DNA of 63,919 nt, filler included, from an uncultured Methanosarcinales archaeon (GTDB taxonomy: Archaea; Nanobdellota; Nanobdellia; Woesearchaeales; CAYNLP01): NCBI GenBank assembly GCA_964398115.1. It is 16 parts of 16 records of this genome, joined end to end, with 100 filler letters (N's around TTAATTAATTAA, not from the genome) between each part and the next. Parts side by side here need not be neighbours in the genome. Positions count along the whole stretch, not along the records: positions 1 to 6,656 come from CAYNLP010000033.1; positions 6,757 to 13,118 come from CAYNLP010000034.1; 14 more parts are not named here. One strand, given 5' to 3'. The translations under genes were made by a program, and so were the position numbers. Shown piece after piece: positions 1 to 9,439 of this stretch (position 1 is its first letter; every line of letters starts with the position of its first letter). The notes beneath the pieces were generated by a model. The model did not search any database. It had not been told where the DNA came from and saw nothing but the letters and a program-made list of their open reading frames with translations.

Positions 1-318
1 AAAATTGGAGCTAGAAGTAACACTGAATGGTTTTGGAGCTTAAATGAAATAGGTAAATGGATATATGAGAAAATCTTTAAGCAACGAGTTGAGTTTGAAG
101 CAATAATTAAAAGACTAACCTGTCCTCTCTGTGGTGAAACATTAAATCACGTACTAAATAAAGGATGGCGACATTCTGATTTTGAAGGAGACATATTCTG
201 GGATGCAGTTAGAGAAGTCAAGGAAGTAAGAGAAAATACTTCGGTTTACGATGTTGTTCTACCGGAACAACCGAAAAACGATCATATGTTTGTGGCAGAT
301 GGTTTCATAGTTCACAAT
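1..318 (+). mobile_element. Intein (C-terminal part) in Hel308
   Basis: Frame 1 is open from base 1. It reads DIFWDAVREVKE..VYDVVL..HMFVADGFIVHN (intein blocks F/G), ends in His-Asn at 313-318 and is followed by Ser at 319. Confidence 0.92.
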
Positions 319-1519
319 TCAATGGGTGTCGACATCCCCGCTTACCGAACCATCATCCGAGATTTGAAAAGATACGGCGGGCAGAGAGGAATGCAAGACA
401 TCCCTGTGTTGGAATATCAGCAGATGAGTGGACGTGCTGGCAGGCCAGGTTATGACGACCACGGTGAAAGCATAGCCGTTGCAAAGAACGAAAGCCGGAA
501 GGAAGAAATTTGGGAGAAATACGTGAACGGCGACCCTGAAGAAATAGTTTCAAAACTCGCGGTGGAGCCGGTGCTTCGAATTTACGTTTTGAGCTTGATA
601 GCCAGTAAGTTCTGCACCAGCAAGGAAGAACTATATGACTTTTTTGACGGCACGTTCTACGCTCATCAATATGCTGACGATGCAAAGTTGAGAGCTATTA
701 TTGACAAGATGGTTAACTTGTTGCAAGATTGGGAGTTCATCAAAGGCGAGAGTGATAAACAAGAAGGGTTTACTTCAGCCGCTGATATGGTTTCGGATGA
801 TGAAGCCTTAGAAGCCACTCGGGTGGGTCAGAGAGTTTCGGAACTATATCTTGATTGAGTGTTTGCGAAAAGCTATGTCGATGGAGTATGAAGAGTTCAG
901 CTGGTTGCAAATGATTAGCGACACGTTGGAGATGAGGCCTTTGCTGAACGTTAAGAAATCGGAGTACGAAGACATCAGAGAGGAAAGTTTGAAGTATTTG
1001 GAATACGTTTTTGAAGAAGAACCAGAAGAATTCGGCTACGAGTATGACAAGTTCTTGAAAAGTATAAAGACTGCGTTGTTCATGCACGAGTGGATTAACG
1101 AAAAAGGCGAAGACTATCTTATGGAGAAGTATAGTGTTAGGCCGGGCGAGGTACACGCCAAGCTAGACATCGCTGACTGGCTCTTGTACGCGACGCAAGA
1201 ACTAGCAAACCTGTTAGACTTTAAACCTGTATTGAACGATTTGGCCAAGTTAAGAAGCAGGGTAAACCATGGTGCGAAAGAAGAACTACTACCTCTGCTA
1301 AAGCTGAAACACATCGGACGAGTCAGAGGAAGAAAAATGTACAAAAACGGGATTGAAGACTTGGGAGATGTGAAAAAAGTGGATGTGAACGAACTCAGCC
1401 AAATACTTGGTAAGAAAACCGCTATAAAAGTTAAAAAACAAGTGGGGCAGGACTTCACTGAAGACGAAGTGGCGAAGAAAAAACCTCAAGGACAAGTCGG
1501 TTTAGATAATTTCAGCTAA
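1..1519 (+). CDS. hel308: Hel308/Ski2-like SF2 DNA helicase, 5'-truncated, intein-containing, frame break at ~850-858
   Basis: Motif V/VI region SMGVDIPA...YQQMSGRAGRPGYD. Winged-helix entry EATRVGQRVSELYLD. C-terminal HhH LLPLLKLKHIGRVRGRKMY lies in the next frame (851..1519). Confidence 0.9.
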
Positions 1520-1554
1520 CCTTTTTAAGCACTCTTCACTTCTATAATAAGTAG

Positions 1555-2679
1555 ATGAATCCAGTAATAGTGGGGGTGGATCCTGGAACGACCAGCGCAT
1601 ACTCAGTTCTAGACGCTAGTGGTGATTTGATAACAGTACAGAGTAGTAGAAACTTTGACTTGAGCACTATGATTTCAGAAATAATACAACACGGCAATCC
1701 TGTCGTTGTCGGCTGTGATAAAAACCCTGCTCCTAGCTTTGTTGAAAAACTCGCTACTAAAGTTGGTGCTGAACTTGTATGGCCGGAGCAAGACTTACAA
1801 GTAGATGAAAAACGAAACTTGGTAGATGTCGAAACGAGAAACGACCACGAATTCGACGCTTACGCCAGCGCGAAATACGCTTTCAAACAATATCAAAACT
1901 TGTTGAGAAGGGTTGAAGAAGTGCTTGAAGATGAAGGGAAAGAAGAACTTACTGATGAATTGAAGTATTTAGTGGTGAAAGAAGATATGAGTATAAAAGA
2001 AGGTATTGAATATTTGGAAAGAGACGAGGAAGAATCAAGTGAAGAAGAAAACCCGGTGAAGGTGAAAGTTGTAAGGCCCGAAAATGAAATTGAAGAATTA
2101 GAGAAAGAAATAACTTTACTGGAGCAAAAAAATCAATCGTTGAAATCCAAAGTTGAAGGTTTGAGAGAGGAAAACCAAAAGTTGAAAGACAGGATTAAAG
2201 GCATGCCCGTTGATCAAGTGGTGAAAGAAAAAGAAAACACGATTCAAAAACTTGGTGACAAGTTGGAAAAAAAGGAGGAAACAGTGGAAGTCTTGAATGA
2301 GAAGATTGGAAATCTTAAAAACTTCTTGGAAAAGAGTTCAAACAAAGTATTGTTAAAAAAATTAGAAAATTTAGGAAAAAGAGAGTTCGAAGAGAAAAAC
2401 TGGAGGATTTACAACAACGACATTTTATACGTAAAAGATCCGAACGTGGCTCACGATGACGTGATAGATGAGTTGAAAGATAAAGTCAGTGTGATAGTTC
2501 ACGATAAGAAATTGAGTGTTAAACATTCAGAGTTCAGCTTTATACAATCGAAAGATATAGAATTGGAAGAACTCGATGACTTCGCCTTAACAACTCAGGA
2601 TGAAATTGAAGAAGCACTTTCTCAAAAAAACATTTTGGAAAAAGTAGCCGTGGAATATAAGAAGAAAAGAAAGCGTTAA
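1555..2679 (+). CDS. DUF460 family protein (RNase H-like N-terminus plus coiled coil)
   Basis: N-terminal IVGVDPGTTSAYSVLD, a NDHEFDAYASA motif and a long coiled coil. Confidence 0.8.
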   Translation: MNPVIVGVDPGTTSAYSVLDASGDLITVQSSRNFDLSTMISEIIQHGNPVVVGCDKNPAPSFVEKLATKVGAELVWPEQDLQVDEKRNLVDVETRNDHEFDAYASAKYAFKQYQNLLRRVEEVLEDEGKEELTDELKYLVVKEDMSIKEGIEYLERDEEESSEEENPVKVKVVRPENEIEELEKEITLLEQKNQSLKSKVEGLREENQKLKDRIKGMPVDQVVKEKENTIQKLGDKLEKKEETVEVLNEKIGNLKNFLEKSSNKVLLKKLENLGKREFEEKNWRIYNNDILYVKDPNVAHDDVIDELKDKVSVIVHDKKLSVKHSEFSFIQSKDIELEELDDFALTTQDEIEEALSQKNILEKVAVEYKKKRKR

Positions 2680-3254
2680 ACAATGTAAACCCCGTTTGGA
2701 GCTACAACTTTGATCTCTTCATCAACTTCAAAATCTCGGTCTGGTTCGTTCTGCAAATTCGTGGCTTGGTAATTCTCAGGATGTAAAACTTTCAACTTAG
2801 GATTGACTTGTACAACTCGGCTTTCCTTAACCTCTAACATTTCAAAGCTTTCATCGTAGTCAAAAACTTCTTTCTTGCCCGTATCTAGATTATCACCGGT
2901 GACTTTCTTCCCCAAACCTGTGATGCGAACAATTTTATCGTTTACCTTCACAACATCTCCTTTTTGAAACTCGGGAATTCTCACCAATACGGAAAGTCGG
3001 TAAACTTCTTTACTCGTTTGACTATCCCTTGTGTAAAGGCTTGGACTCACTTTAAACTCGCCACCGAATCGGTCTCGCATCTGCCTGCCAACCTTCTTCG
3101 CCTTTTTCTTATCAGAAATGTAGTAGTCAACGCCGTTGTTCACTTTTTCAGCACGGCTTATCTCCTCAGCCAAGGACTTTAGCAAATACTCTTCAGCCTG
3201 TAAAGTAGGATTCCTCAACTGCAAAACGGCTTCGAAATAGTCTTGATGTGTCAT
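2676..3254 (-). CDS. NMD3-family protein (short form)
   Basis: YFEAVLQLR and SKEVYRLSVLVR motifs of archaeal Nmd3. The N-terminal Zn fingers are absent. Confidence 0.75.
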   Translation of the reverse strand: MTHQDYFEAVLQLRNPTLQAEEYLLKSLAEEISRAEKVNNGVDYYISDKKKAKKVGRQMRDRFGGEFKVSPSLYTRDSQTSKEVYRLSVLVRIPEFQKGDVVKVNDKIVRITGLGKKVTGDNLDTGKKEVFDYDESFEMLEVKESRVVQVNPKLKVLHPENYQATNLQNEPDRDFEVDEEIKVVAPNGVYIV

Positions 3255-3328
3255 ACCACGCTGTGAAAACAAGTGTCATTTAAATGCTTGGCGAAAACCT
3301 TTATAACCTTACCTGATTCCAAAAGATT

Positions 3329-3925
3329 ATGGATTGGAAGAAAAAGTGGAAGAAATTCTGGCATTTCATATGGCATGAGGACAGCCTAGCAAGCTGGGTT
3401 GCAAACGTAGTCCTCGCCTTTGTATTGATAAAATTCTTGGTATACCCTGCACTTGGGGCTTTGTTCGGAACGAGTTTTCCAATAGTAGCTGTAGTGTCAG
3501 AAAGTATGGAACACAACCAAGACTTCAACAACTGGTGGGAGGATAATAAAAATTGGTATTTGAAAAACAACGTTACAAAAAACCAATTTGAATACTTCCC
3601 ATTCACCAACGGTTTCAACAAAGGAGACATCATGGTCTTGATAGGAGACCAGCCCAGCGATATAAAAGTGGGGGATGTAGTTGTTTATCAAGCTAAGAAA
3701 CCCTACCCAATAATACATAGGGTTGTAGATAAAGAAAAGAAAGCAGGTAATTGGTATTTCGAAACAAAAGGTGATAATAACGAAAATCAAATTGTAGATT
3801 TTGAACTTGACGAAACAAACGTGCATGAAGACAAAATTTATGGAAAAGCAGTAGTGAGGATACCATACCTTGGATACGTAAAGATAGGTTTTGTAGAATT
3901 ACTCCAATTCTTAGCCAACAGATGA
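3329..3925 (+). CDS. Signal peptidase I (archaeal Sec11 type)
   Basis: TM helix, VVSESMEH (catalytic Ser), PIIHRVV, TKGDNN and IPYLGY. Confidence 0.92.
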   Translation: MDWKKKWKKFWHFIWHEDSLASWVANVVLAFVLIKFLVYPALGALFGTSFPIVAVVSESMEHNQDFNNWWEDNKNWYLKNNVTKNQFEYFPFTNGFNKGDIMVLIGDQPSDIKVGDVVVYQAKKPYPIIHRVVDKEKKAGNWYFETKGDNNENQIVDFELDETNVHEDKIYGKAVVRIPYLGYVKIGFVELLQFLANR

Positions 3926-3964
3926 AAACCTTTTTAAACAATGTAGTCGTGCTTGAGAATTACA

Positions 3965-4276
3965 ATGTTTTGTCCAGAATGCGGTTCTATACTAAAACCA
4001 GAAGAAGTAGACGGCGAGAAAGTCATGAGTTGTGACTGCGGCTACAGCGAAGAAAGCAGCGACACTCAAATCACTGAAAAGGCCAAAGAAGAGAAAGAAA
4101 TTGAAGTCGTTGACGAAGACCAAAGTGATGAAAGCCTACCAATAGTGGAAGAAGAATGTCCAGAATGTGGAAACGACGAAGCAAGGTATTGGACTAAACA
4201 AATGAGAAGCGGTGATGAGCCTGCAACGCAATTCTACAAATGTACCGAGTGTAAACACACTTGGAGAGAAGGATGA
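3965..4276 (+). CDS. tfs: Transcription factor S
   Basis: MFCPECGSIL, CPECGN, QMRSGDEP acidic hairpin and CTECKHTWRE. Confidence 0.95.
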   Translation: MFCPECGSILKPEEVDGEKVMSCDCGYSEESSDTQITEKAKEEKEIEVVDEDQSDESLPIVEEECPECGNDEARYWTKQMRSGDEPATQFYKCTECKHTWREG

Positions 4277-4515
4277 TTTCTGACCACATCCAAAATAGTA
4301 AGTTAAAAGTTTATGTCAAACCAAATTCTGAAAATAATGAAATCCTTGGCTACAAAGAAGGACGCGACGCGGTAGTAGTGAGAATAAAAGAACTTGCGGA
4401 AAATAACAAAGCGAATAAAGAACTCGTCAATTTCATATCGAACGAGCTAGACAAGACGGTGTGGTTGAAATCCGGATATAATAGCAAGTACAAAACCTTA
4501 GTCGTTGAAGAGTAA
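4273..4515 (+). CDS. DUF167/UPF0235 (YggU-like) protein
   Basis: VYVKPNS...NKANKELVNFIS...SGYNSKYK. Confidence 0.85.
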   Translation: MISDHIQNSKLKVYVKPNSENNEILGYKEGRDAVVVRIKELAENNKANKELVNFISNELDKTVWLKSGYNSKYKTLVVEE

Positions 4516-4549
4516 ACTTTTTATACTAACTTCTACTAACCATTTCCGT

Positions 4550-5374
4550 ATGAGGGAGCAAAAAGCAGAACTTACACTAAAGAACTCAATGGATGACCTA
4601 GACTTACAAGGGAAAGGTTGCCTTTCTGACAAAGATATAAAGAGGCATATGAAAAAAGGCTACATCATGATAGAGCCTTTTCAAGAAGAAAACCTAAATA
4701 CTTCTAGTTACGATGTCACTCTCGGCGAATACTTCTTCAGAGAAAAAGCACCAGATGTCGGCGTCAACATTTATAACATGTATGATGAAGATCACGTGAA
4801 GAGAGTTTGGGGAGACGAGCCAGAAAAAGCAATTCCGAAAAAAGAATTAATGGATGACCCAAACGCGTTGCAAGAATACCTCACTGACATGGCAGTAGAA
4901 AGAGGATTCTTACCAAAACAACTCAGCATAGGAAACGTAGAAGAAGAACTGAAGAATATACACGCGGATGAAAAAATAATCTTTCTATTCCCAGGTGAAA
5001 CAATCCTAGCACACACGAACGAATTCATCGGCGGAAGGACGGTAGACACCACAATGATGAAAGCCAGAAGTAGCTTCGGAAGAAACTTTATTTCAGTCTG
5101 TAGATGCGCAGGTTGGGGAGACGTCGGATACGTAAACAGGTGGACGATGGAAATAACAAACGCAAGCCACAACCACCACATAATACCACTCATAGTCGGA
5201 AGGAGATGCGCACAAATAATATTCTTAAACACAGGAGAAACTGATCAAGGTAGTTACAGCGACGGAGAAGACAGCAAATACCAAACCAGCAAAGACGTGG
5301 AAGAACTAAAAGCTAATTGGAGCCCTTACGACATGCTACCCAAAATGTACAAAGACCGCGATATCAAGAAATGA
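4550..5374 (+). CDS. dcd: dCTP deaminase
   Basis: LSDKDI, SSYDVTLG, ILAHTNEFIG, ARSSFGR, AGWGDVGY and TMEITN. Confidence 0.88.
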   Translation: MREQKAELTLKNSMDDLDLQGKGCLSDKDIKRHMKKGYIMIEPFQEENLNTSSYDVTLGEYFFREKAPDVGVNIYNMYDEDHVKRVWGDEPEKAIPKKELMDDPNALQEYLTDMAVERGFLPKQLSIGNVEEELKNIHADEKIIFLFPGETILAHTNEFIGGRTVDTTMMKARSSFGRNFISVCRCAGWGDVGYVNRWTMEITNASHNHHIIPLIVGRRCAQIIFLNTGETDQGSYSDGEDSKYQTSKDVEELKANWSPYDMLPKMYKDRDIKK

Positions 5375-5931
5375 TAATCGGAGTTGCAGGAAGAAACGCT
5401 TCCGGAAAAGACACAGTTGCAACGTTCTTACAAGAAAAAGGATTTAAAACAATTAGCTTAAGCGACGAGATACGCAGAGTGTTAATGCACGAAGGCAGAA
5501 TGATCACTAGAGATAACCTAGTAGAGAAAGGCAACGATTTAAGAGAAAAACATGGCGAAGGAGTACTAGCCAAAAGAGTAAAACAAGTCATGCGAGAAGA
5601 GGAAGACTACGCTATTACTTCTATCAGAAATCCTGGAGAAGTAAACGAGTTAGCAGAAGATGATAACTTCTATCTATTATGGCTAAAGACGCCTGCAAAG
5701 AAAAGATGGCAACTAATGAAAGAAAGCGATAAAAACAGAAATGACTCTATAGAGAGTTGGGAAGAGTTCAAAAAAGTTGACGAACGAGAATGGAATAATG
5801 AAGATAGTTCAAAACAAAATTTGAAAAAAGTTATGGAGATGAGCGATTACACTATAGAGAATGATAAAGGCTTGGAAGATTTAAAAGAAAAGGTAGACAA
5901 AGTAGTTAATGAAATTCAAAATTCTTCATAA
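5371..5931 (+). CDS. P-loop nucleotide kinase (dephospho-CoA kinase/NMP kinase-like)
   Basis: [14 protein letters not shown]alker [10 protein letters not shown] and DYTIEND. ATGA overlap with dcd. Confidence 0.75.
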   Translation: MIIGVAGRNASGKDTVATFLQEKGFKTISLSDEIRRVLMHEGRMITRDNLVEKGNDLREKHGEGVLAKRVKQVMREEEDYAITSIRNPGEVNELAEDDNFYLLWLKTPAKKRWQLMKESDKNRNDSIESWEEFKKVDEREWNNEDSSKQNLKKVMEMSDYTIENDKGLEDLKEKVDKVVNEIQNSS

Positions 5932-6656
5932 ATAGGATATCTTTCACACAACTCTTCTACATCTTTCCTTACTTCCTTTATCGCTGTTTTATTGTTAACG
6001 TTTTCAATCACTTTCGCAATTGCACTCCCTACTTCTTTCATATCACTTTCCACCATACCTCTCGTAGTCATGACCGGAGTTCCTAACCTGATCCCACTGG
6101 GATCGAATGGACTTCTTTCATCAAAAGGTATCGTGTTCTTATTCACGTACAAACCGGCTTTTTCCAAAGCCTCTTCAGCTTCTTTACCCGTGACGCCAGT
6201 AGGGGTTAAATCCACAAGTAAGAGGTGAGTGTCAGTACCGCCAGTTACAAGTCTCAAACCATTCCGACTGAGCTCTCTACCAAGTTCTTTAGCGTTATCC
6301 ACGACTTGCTTTGCATAGTTTTCAAAACTAGGTTGACTTGCTTCTTTGAAACACACCGCTTTTGCAGCGTTGATATGATCGTGAGGTCCTCCCTGCAATC
6401 CTGGAAAGACAGCTTTGTCAATCTCTTTAGCGTATTTATCTTTACACATTATAACTGCGCCTCTAGGACCTCGCAATGTTTTGTGAGTGGTGGTAGTCAC
6501 GACATCCGCGTACGGGATTGGGCTTTCGTGAACGCCACCCGCTACTAAACCACCGATGTGGCTCATGTCAACGAAGAAGTAAGCTCCAACTTCATCGCAA
6601 ATTTCCTTAAATCTTTTCCACTTCACCTCTCTTGGATATGCGGTGAATCCTGCTTC
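5916..6656 (-). CDS. glyA: Serine hydroxymethyltransferase, C-terminal half (truncated at contig end)
   Basis: [26 protein letters not shown] (PLP Lys), FPGLQGGP and SGIRLGTP. Confidence 0.96.
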   Translation of the reverse strand, partial: EAGFTAYPREVKWKRFKEICDEVGAYFFVDMSHIGGLVAGGVHESPIPYADVVTTTTHKTLRGPRGAVIMCKDKYAKEIDKAVFPGLQGGPHDHINAAKAVCFKEASQPSFENYAKQVVDNAKELGRELSRNGLRLVTGGTDTHLLLVDLTPTGVTGKEAEEALEKAGLYVNKNTIPFDERSPFDPSGIRLGTPVMTTRGMVESDMKEVGSAIAKVIENVNNKTAIKEVRKDVEELCERYPIYEEF

Positions 6657-6772
6657 NNNNNNNNNNNNNNNNNNNNNNNNNNNNNNNNNNNNNNNNNNNN
6701 TTAATTAATTAANNNNNNNNNNNNNNNNNNNNNNNNNNNNNNNNNNNNNNNNNNNNTGGTGGGGGGATTGTT

Positions 6773-7147
6773 TTATTCTATCTCTTTCATAACGCTTGTC
6801 AGGATGTCTTTCACGGAAGGTTTTTTCCTTGCTTTCACTCCCTCTCGTGTGTGGATGTGTTCGGGAAAGTTGTCCAGGTTGGGATAGTGTTTGGAGTTGT
6901 CCCAGCGCTTGATTAATTCTTCGTCGCTTCCTTGGTAGTGATATCGGTATTTCTCTACTGCGACTTCGTCTTCTTTGATTTTTAAGTATTCGAAGAGGTG
7001 TAGTTCAGAACCGTCCACAAATTTTGCTTTTGCTTTGTAATATCCTCTGTCGATGTCCACGACTTCGGTTTGGAATTTCACTGAAATTGTTAGTGGGAAA
7101 GAATTGAGTTGTTTCTCTATCTTTTCGAAGTGGTCCTTTACGTTCAT
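6773..7147 (-). CDS. DUF6516/TumE-like toxin
   Basis: YRYHYQ...IKRWDNSKHYPNLDNFPEHIH motif. Overlaps the upstream small acidic gene. Confidence 0.72.
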   Translation of the reverse strand: MNVKDHFEKIEKQLNSFPLTISVKFQTEVVDIDRGYYKAKAKFVDGSELHLFEYLKIKEDEVAVEKYRYHYQGSDEELIKRWDNSKHYPNLDNFPEHIHTREGVKARKKPSVKDILTSVMKEIE

Positions 7148-7392
7148 ACGGCGCTTTCCAGGTCTTCGAGTTTTTCCTGCCAGTGCTTTTTCGCCTCTGC
7201 GAGTGCGAACCATTCGAAGAAGTCTTCGTCGTCTCCTAGCTTTCCTTCTTCAAACTTTTGCAGGAATTTTTCAGTATCCATACCGTATTCTTTCTCTAAC
7301 TTGGAGAGCTTGGACTCGTATCTCTTCATAACGTAGTCTCCGAGTTCTTTCTCTTTTTTCACGGCTTCCTTGACAGCTTCGCTCATGGTCAT
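7144..7392 (-). CDS. Putative antitoxin (TumA-like)
   Basis: LEKEYGMDTEKFLQKFEEGKLGDDEDFFEW pattern. 4-nt overlap with the DUF6516 gene. Confidence 0.68.
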   Translation of the reverse strand: MTMSEAVKEAVKKEKELGDYVMKRYESKLSKLEKEYGMDTEKFLQKFEEGKLGDDEDFFEWFALAEAKKHWQEKLEDLESAV

Positions 7393-7529
7393 AACACCTC
7401 TTTATAACGTCTTTCCAAATATTTAAAGTTACTTGAGAGTTTGAACAAGCAAGTTTTAAAAAGTTTTGCTCTCAAACCTCGGAAATTTTACAGGAGAAGG
7501 GTTTTTAAGGGAGAAATGGTTCTTAGAAG

Positions 7530-7643
7530 CTATCGCCTTTGGCGATAGATGTTTCTTTCGGAAAGATAGGCGACTAAAAGTCGCAGAATTATTGTTCATA
7601 TTGAAAAGAAATAAAGGGGTAAGACATCCTGAAAGATGTCTTA
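7530..7643. other. Cluster of four inverted repeats; possible structured ncRNA or DNA element
   Basis: Hairpins at 7530-7548, 7554-7566, 7570-7584 and 7620-7643, downstream of a TTTTTAAG TATA-like box at ~7502. Confidence 0.45.
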
Positions 7644-7758
7644 TTGCATGATTGTTTAAATTATCAACTTATTAGACCGTATTGGTTGATATTATCTAGC
7701 ATAGATTTAATAGCTTCTATAATATATGTAACCCATTCGAGGGATGGAGGGGTTGCTA

Positions 7759-8439
7759 ATGATTAGAAAAGGATTAATGTTAATATCAGTGACAGTTCTA
7801 GTTTTCCTACTTGCAGCTTGTTCTCCTAATAATCAAGCTCCAAGCGAGCAGGAACAAGCTCCAAACCAGCAAGAGCAAACACAGCAAGAAGTTGAAGTGG
7901 TTCCATCAGGAGAAGTTAGTGACACACCTGTAACTCGTAAACCAAGAGAAGTGGTAGCACCAGTTCCTAAGAAAAAAGCCATTATTAAACAAGATGGATT
8001 AACCCAAGCATTGGGAGATAGGAATGTGCAAGCCAAGGCTGAAGTCATCAACACGAAAAAGATAGAATGCGATTTAGATGACAAAACTTTGAGTTTCAGA
8101 ATAAAGAATGTTGAGGCGCTCAGTGAAGGCAGGCTTTGGTCTCTTGACCTACCCGTTCCGAACTCAGCACCTCAAAACACTGTAGGTGTTCAGTTCTTTA
8201 TTAACGGCTACTTTGCGAACAGTCCCATCCACAATTATTACATGAACAGCGAAAGGATGTTTGGACCAACCGAGAAATTCAGCGATAACTGCAATCGTGC
8301 ACGGCTTCGACCAAGACAGAGAACGACTTGTTCTTTGACCAACGTGCCTTTGAGGTCGGGTAATCAGATGAACGGTTACAACACGATATTCGTGAACACT
8401 CCGAAGAATAAGATGCTCTTCGGATTTTACTGCGAATAA
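7759..8439 (+). CDS. Putative lipoprotein, unknown function
   Basis: Signal peptide ending in lipobox LLAAC, a Gln-rich linker and a Cys-containing beta-rich domain. GGAGG upstream. Confidence 0.65.
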   Translation: MIRKGLMLISVTVLVFLLAACSPNNQAPSEQEQAPNQQEQTQQEVEVVPSGEVSDTPVTRKPREVVAPVPKKKAIIKQDGLTQALGDRNVQAKAEVINTKKIECDLDDKTLSFRIKNVEALSEGRLWSLDLPVPNSAPQNTVGVQFFINGYFANSPIHNYYMNSERMFGPTEKFSDNCNRARLRPRQRTTCSLTNVPLRSGNQMNGYNTIFVNTPKNKMLFGFYCE

Positions 8440-8471
8440 CTTTATTCAACTCGACGGAGGTGTTTTTTGAA

Positions 8472-8687
8472 ATGAGTGCTTTGAGAGACATGGGAAACTT
8501 CATGGTAACCATCGTGGCTTCCGCAATGCTAATACTGCTCGGTATTATTTACTTCATGCTCACCACTTGGATGATTAAACTGGGAGCGAGTTGGGCGGGT
8601 TACGCTTCAGTTCAAGGAAGCACTGTCGTGTTGACAGCAGGGATCGTGACGGCTGCTGTTATCATCGGCTCTGCCATTCAAGAATGA
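8472..8687 (+). CDS. Small two-TM membrane protein
   Basis: GGAGGTG SD and two hydrophobic helices. Confidence 0.65.
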   Translation: MSALRDMGNFMVTIVASAMLILLGIIYFMLTTWMIKLGASWAGYASVQGSTVVLTAGIVTAAVIIGSAIQE

Positions 8688-8839
8688 TTGGTAGTGATTA
8701 AGTCTTGAAAAGGCCCAATTTTCTCTATTTTTTCTTTTTTATCTATCTAACCTGATTTAACTAAAGTTGAAAAAAGACTAGGTTAAAAGAAAGTTCTTAT
8801 GAAAAATTTTATAACCTTTAAACTAACTAAAAAGACTTT

Positions 8840-9112
8840 ATGCAAGGTAAGAAAGGACACGCCGTCGTTAACTTGATAGTAGGTTTTCTTGTATTCACCT
8901 CAATCGGATTACTCCTAACAAGCTTGTTTGAAACCCTAAATTTACAAAATAAAAGATTAGTAGCAGTGATTGAAACCCTGAAATTCATCTTACCAGGCTC
9001 TATAGACGCTTTTGGAATGATTAAAAACTTCATATACAGCTTAGTCTTCACATTCGGAGTAGAAACTTTCAGAACACCCGATACGCCGCAAACTTATCAA
9101 GCGGAGTTCTAA
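8840..9112 (+). CDS. Hypothetical membrane protein
   Basis: ATG ORF with an N-terminal hydrophobic helix and a TATA-like box upstream. Confidence 0.55.
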   Translation: MQGKKGHAVVNLIVGFLVFTSIGLLLTSLFETLNLQNKRLVAVIETLKFILPGSIDAFGMIKNFIYSLVFTFGVETFRTPDTPQTYQAEF

Positions 9113-9360
9113 ACATTCTCTAAGAGATAATCTGCGTAGAACTCAGGCCATTCAACACTTTCATCATCATGACTTTCCTGCGCCTTTTTCAAACAAGTAG
9201 CTATTTCACTCGGCCTGCCTAAATCAGGGAATTTACCTAGAATGTAAGCAGTGTAGAAGCCAATCCATCCTTTATCAAATTCTCCTAAGAACTGCTGTTC
9301 ATACTCGTGATGTTTAACACCTGCTTCTTGCAAAGCCTCAACTAATTCTTCTCTTTTCAT
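9109..9360 (-). CDS. Hypothetical protein
   Basis: Acidic ORF with HHEYE...W..FY..Y motifs. Confidence 0.65.
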   Translation of the reverse strand: MKREELVEALQEAGVKHHEYEQQFLGEFDKGWIGFYTAYILGKFPDLGRPSEIATCLKKAQESHDDESVEWPEFYADYLLENV

Positions 9361-9439
9361 ATCAAAGAAATGATTTCATACTATAAATAAATAAGTTTTT
9401 TCCCAAAGTTTATAATTCCAAGCCAAGTAAAAAAAGCGT

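Noticed and set aside
5916..6656. Split or duplicated glyA as a biological feature
   Set aside because: Both halves end at contig edges and overlap each other. An assembly break is the simpler explanation.
6657..6756. Repeated N-run/TTAATTAATTAA/N-run units (also near 13119, 19044, 24949, 28857, 32673, 36424, 40023, 43450, 46789, 49753, 52684, 55609, 58486 and 61283)
   Set aside because: Artificial contig linker with stops in all six frames. It is not a biological repeat or CRISPR, and adjacency across it carries no information.
7466..7651. 61-aa ORF over the hairpin cluster
   Set aside because: TTG start and no protein-like motif. The hairpins explain the sequence better.
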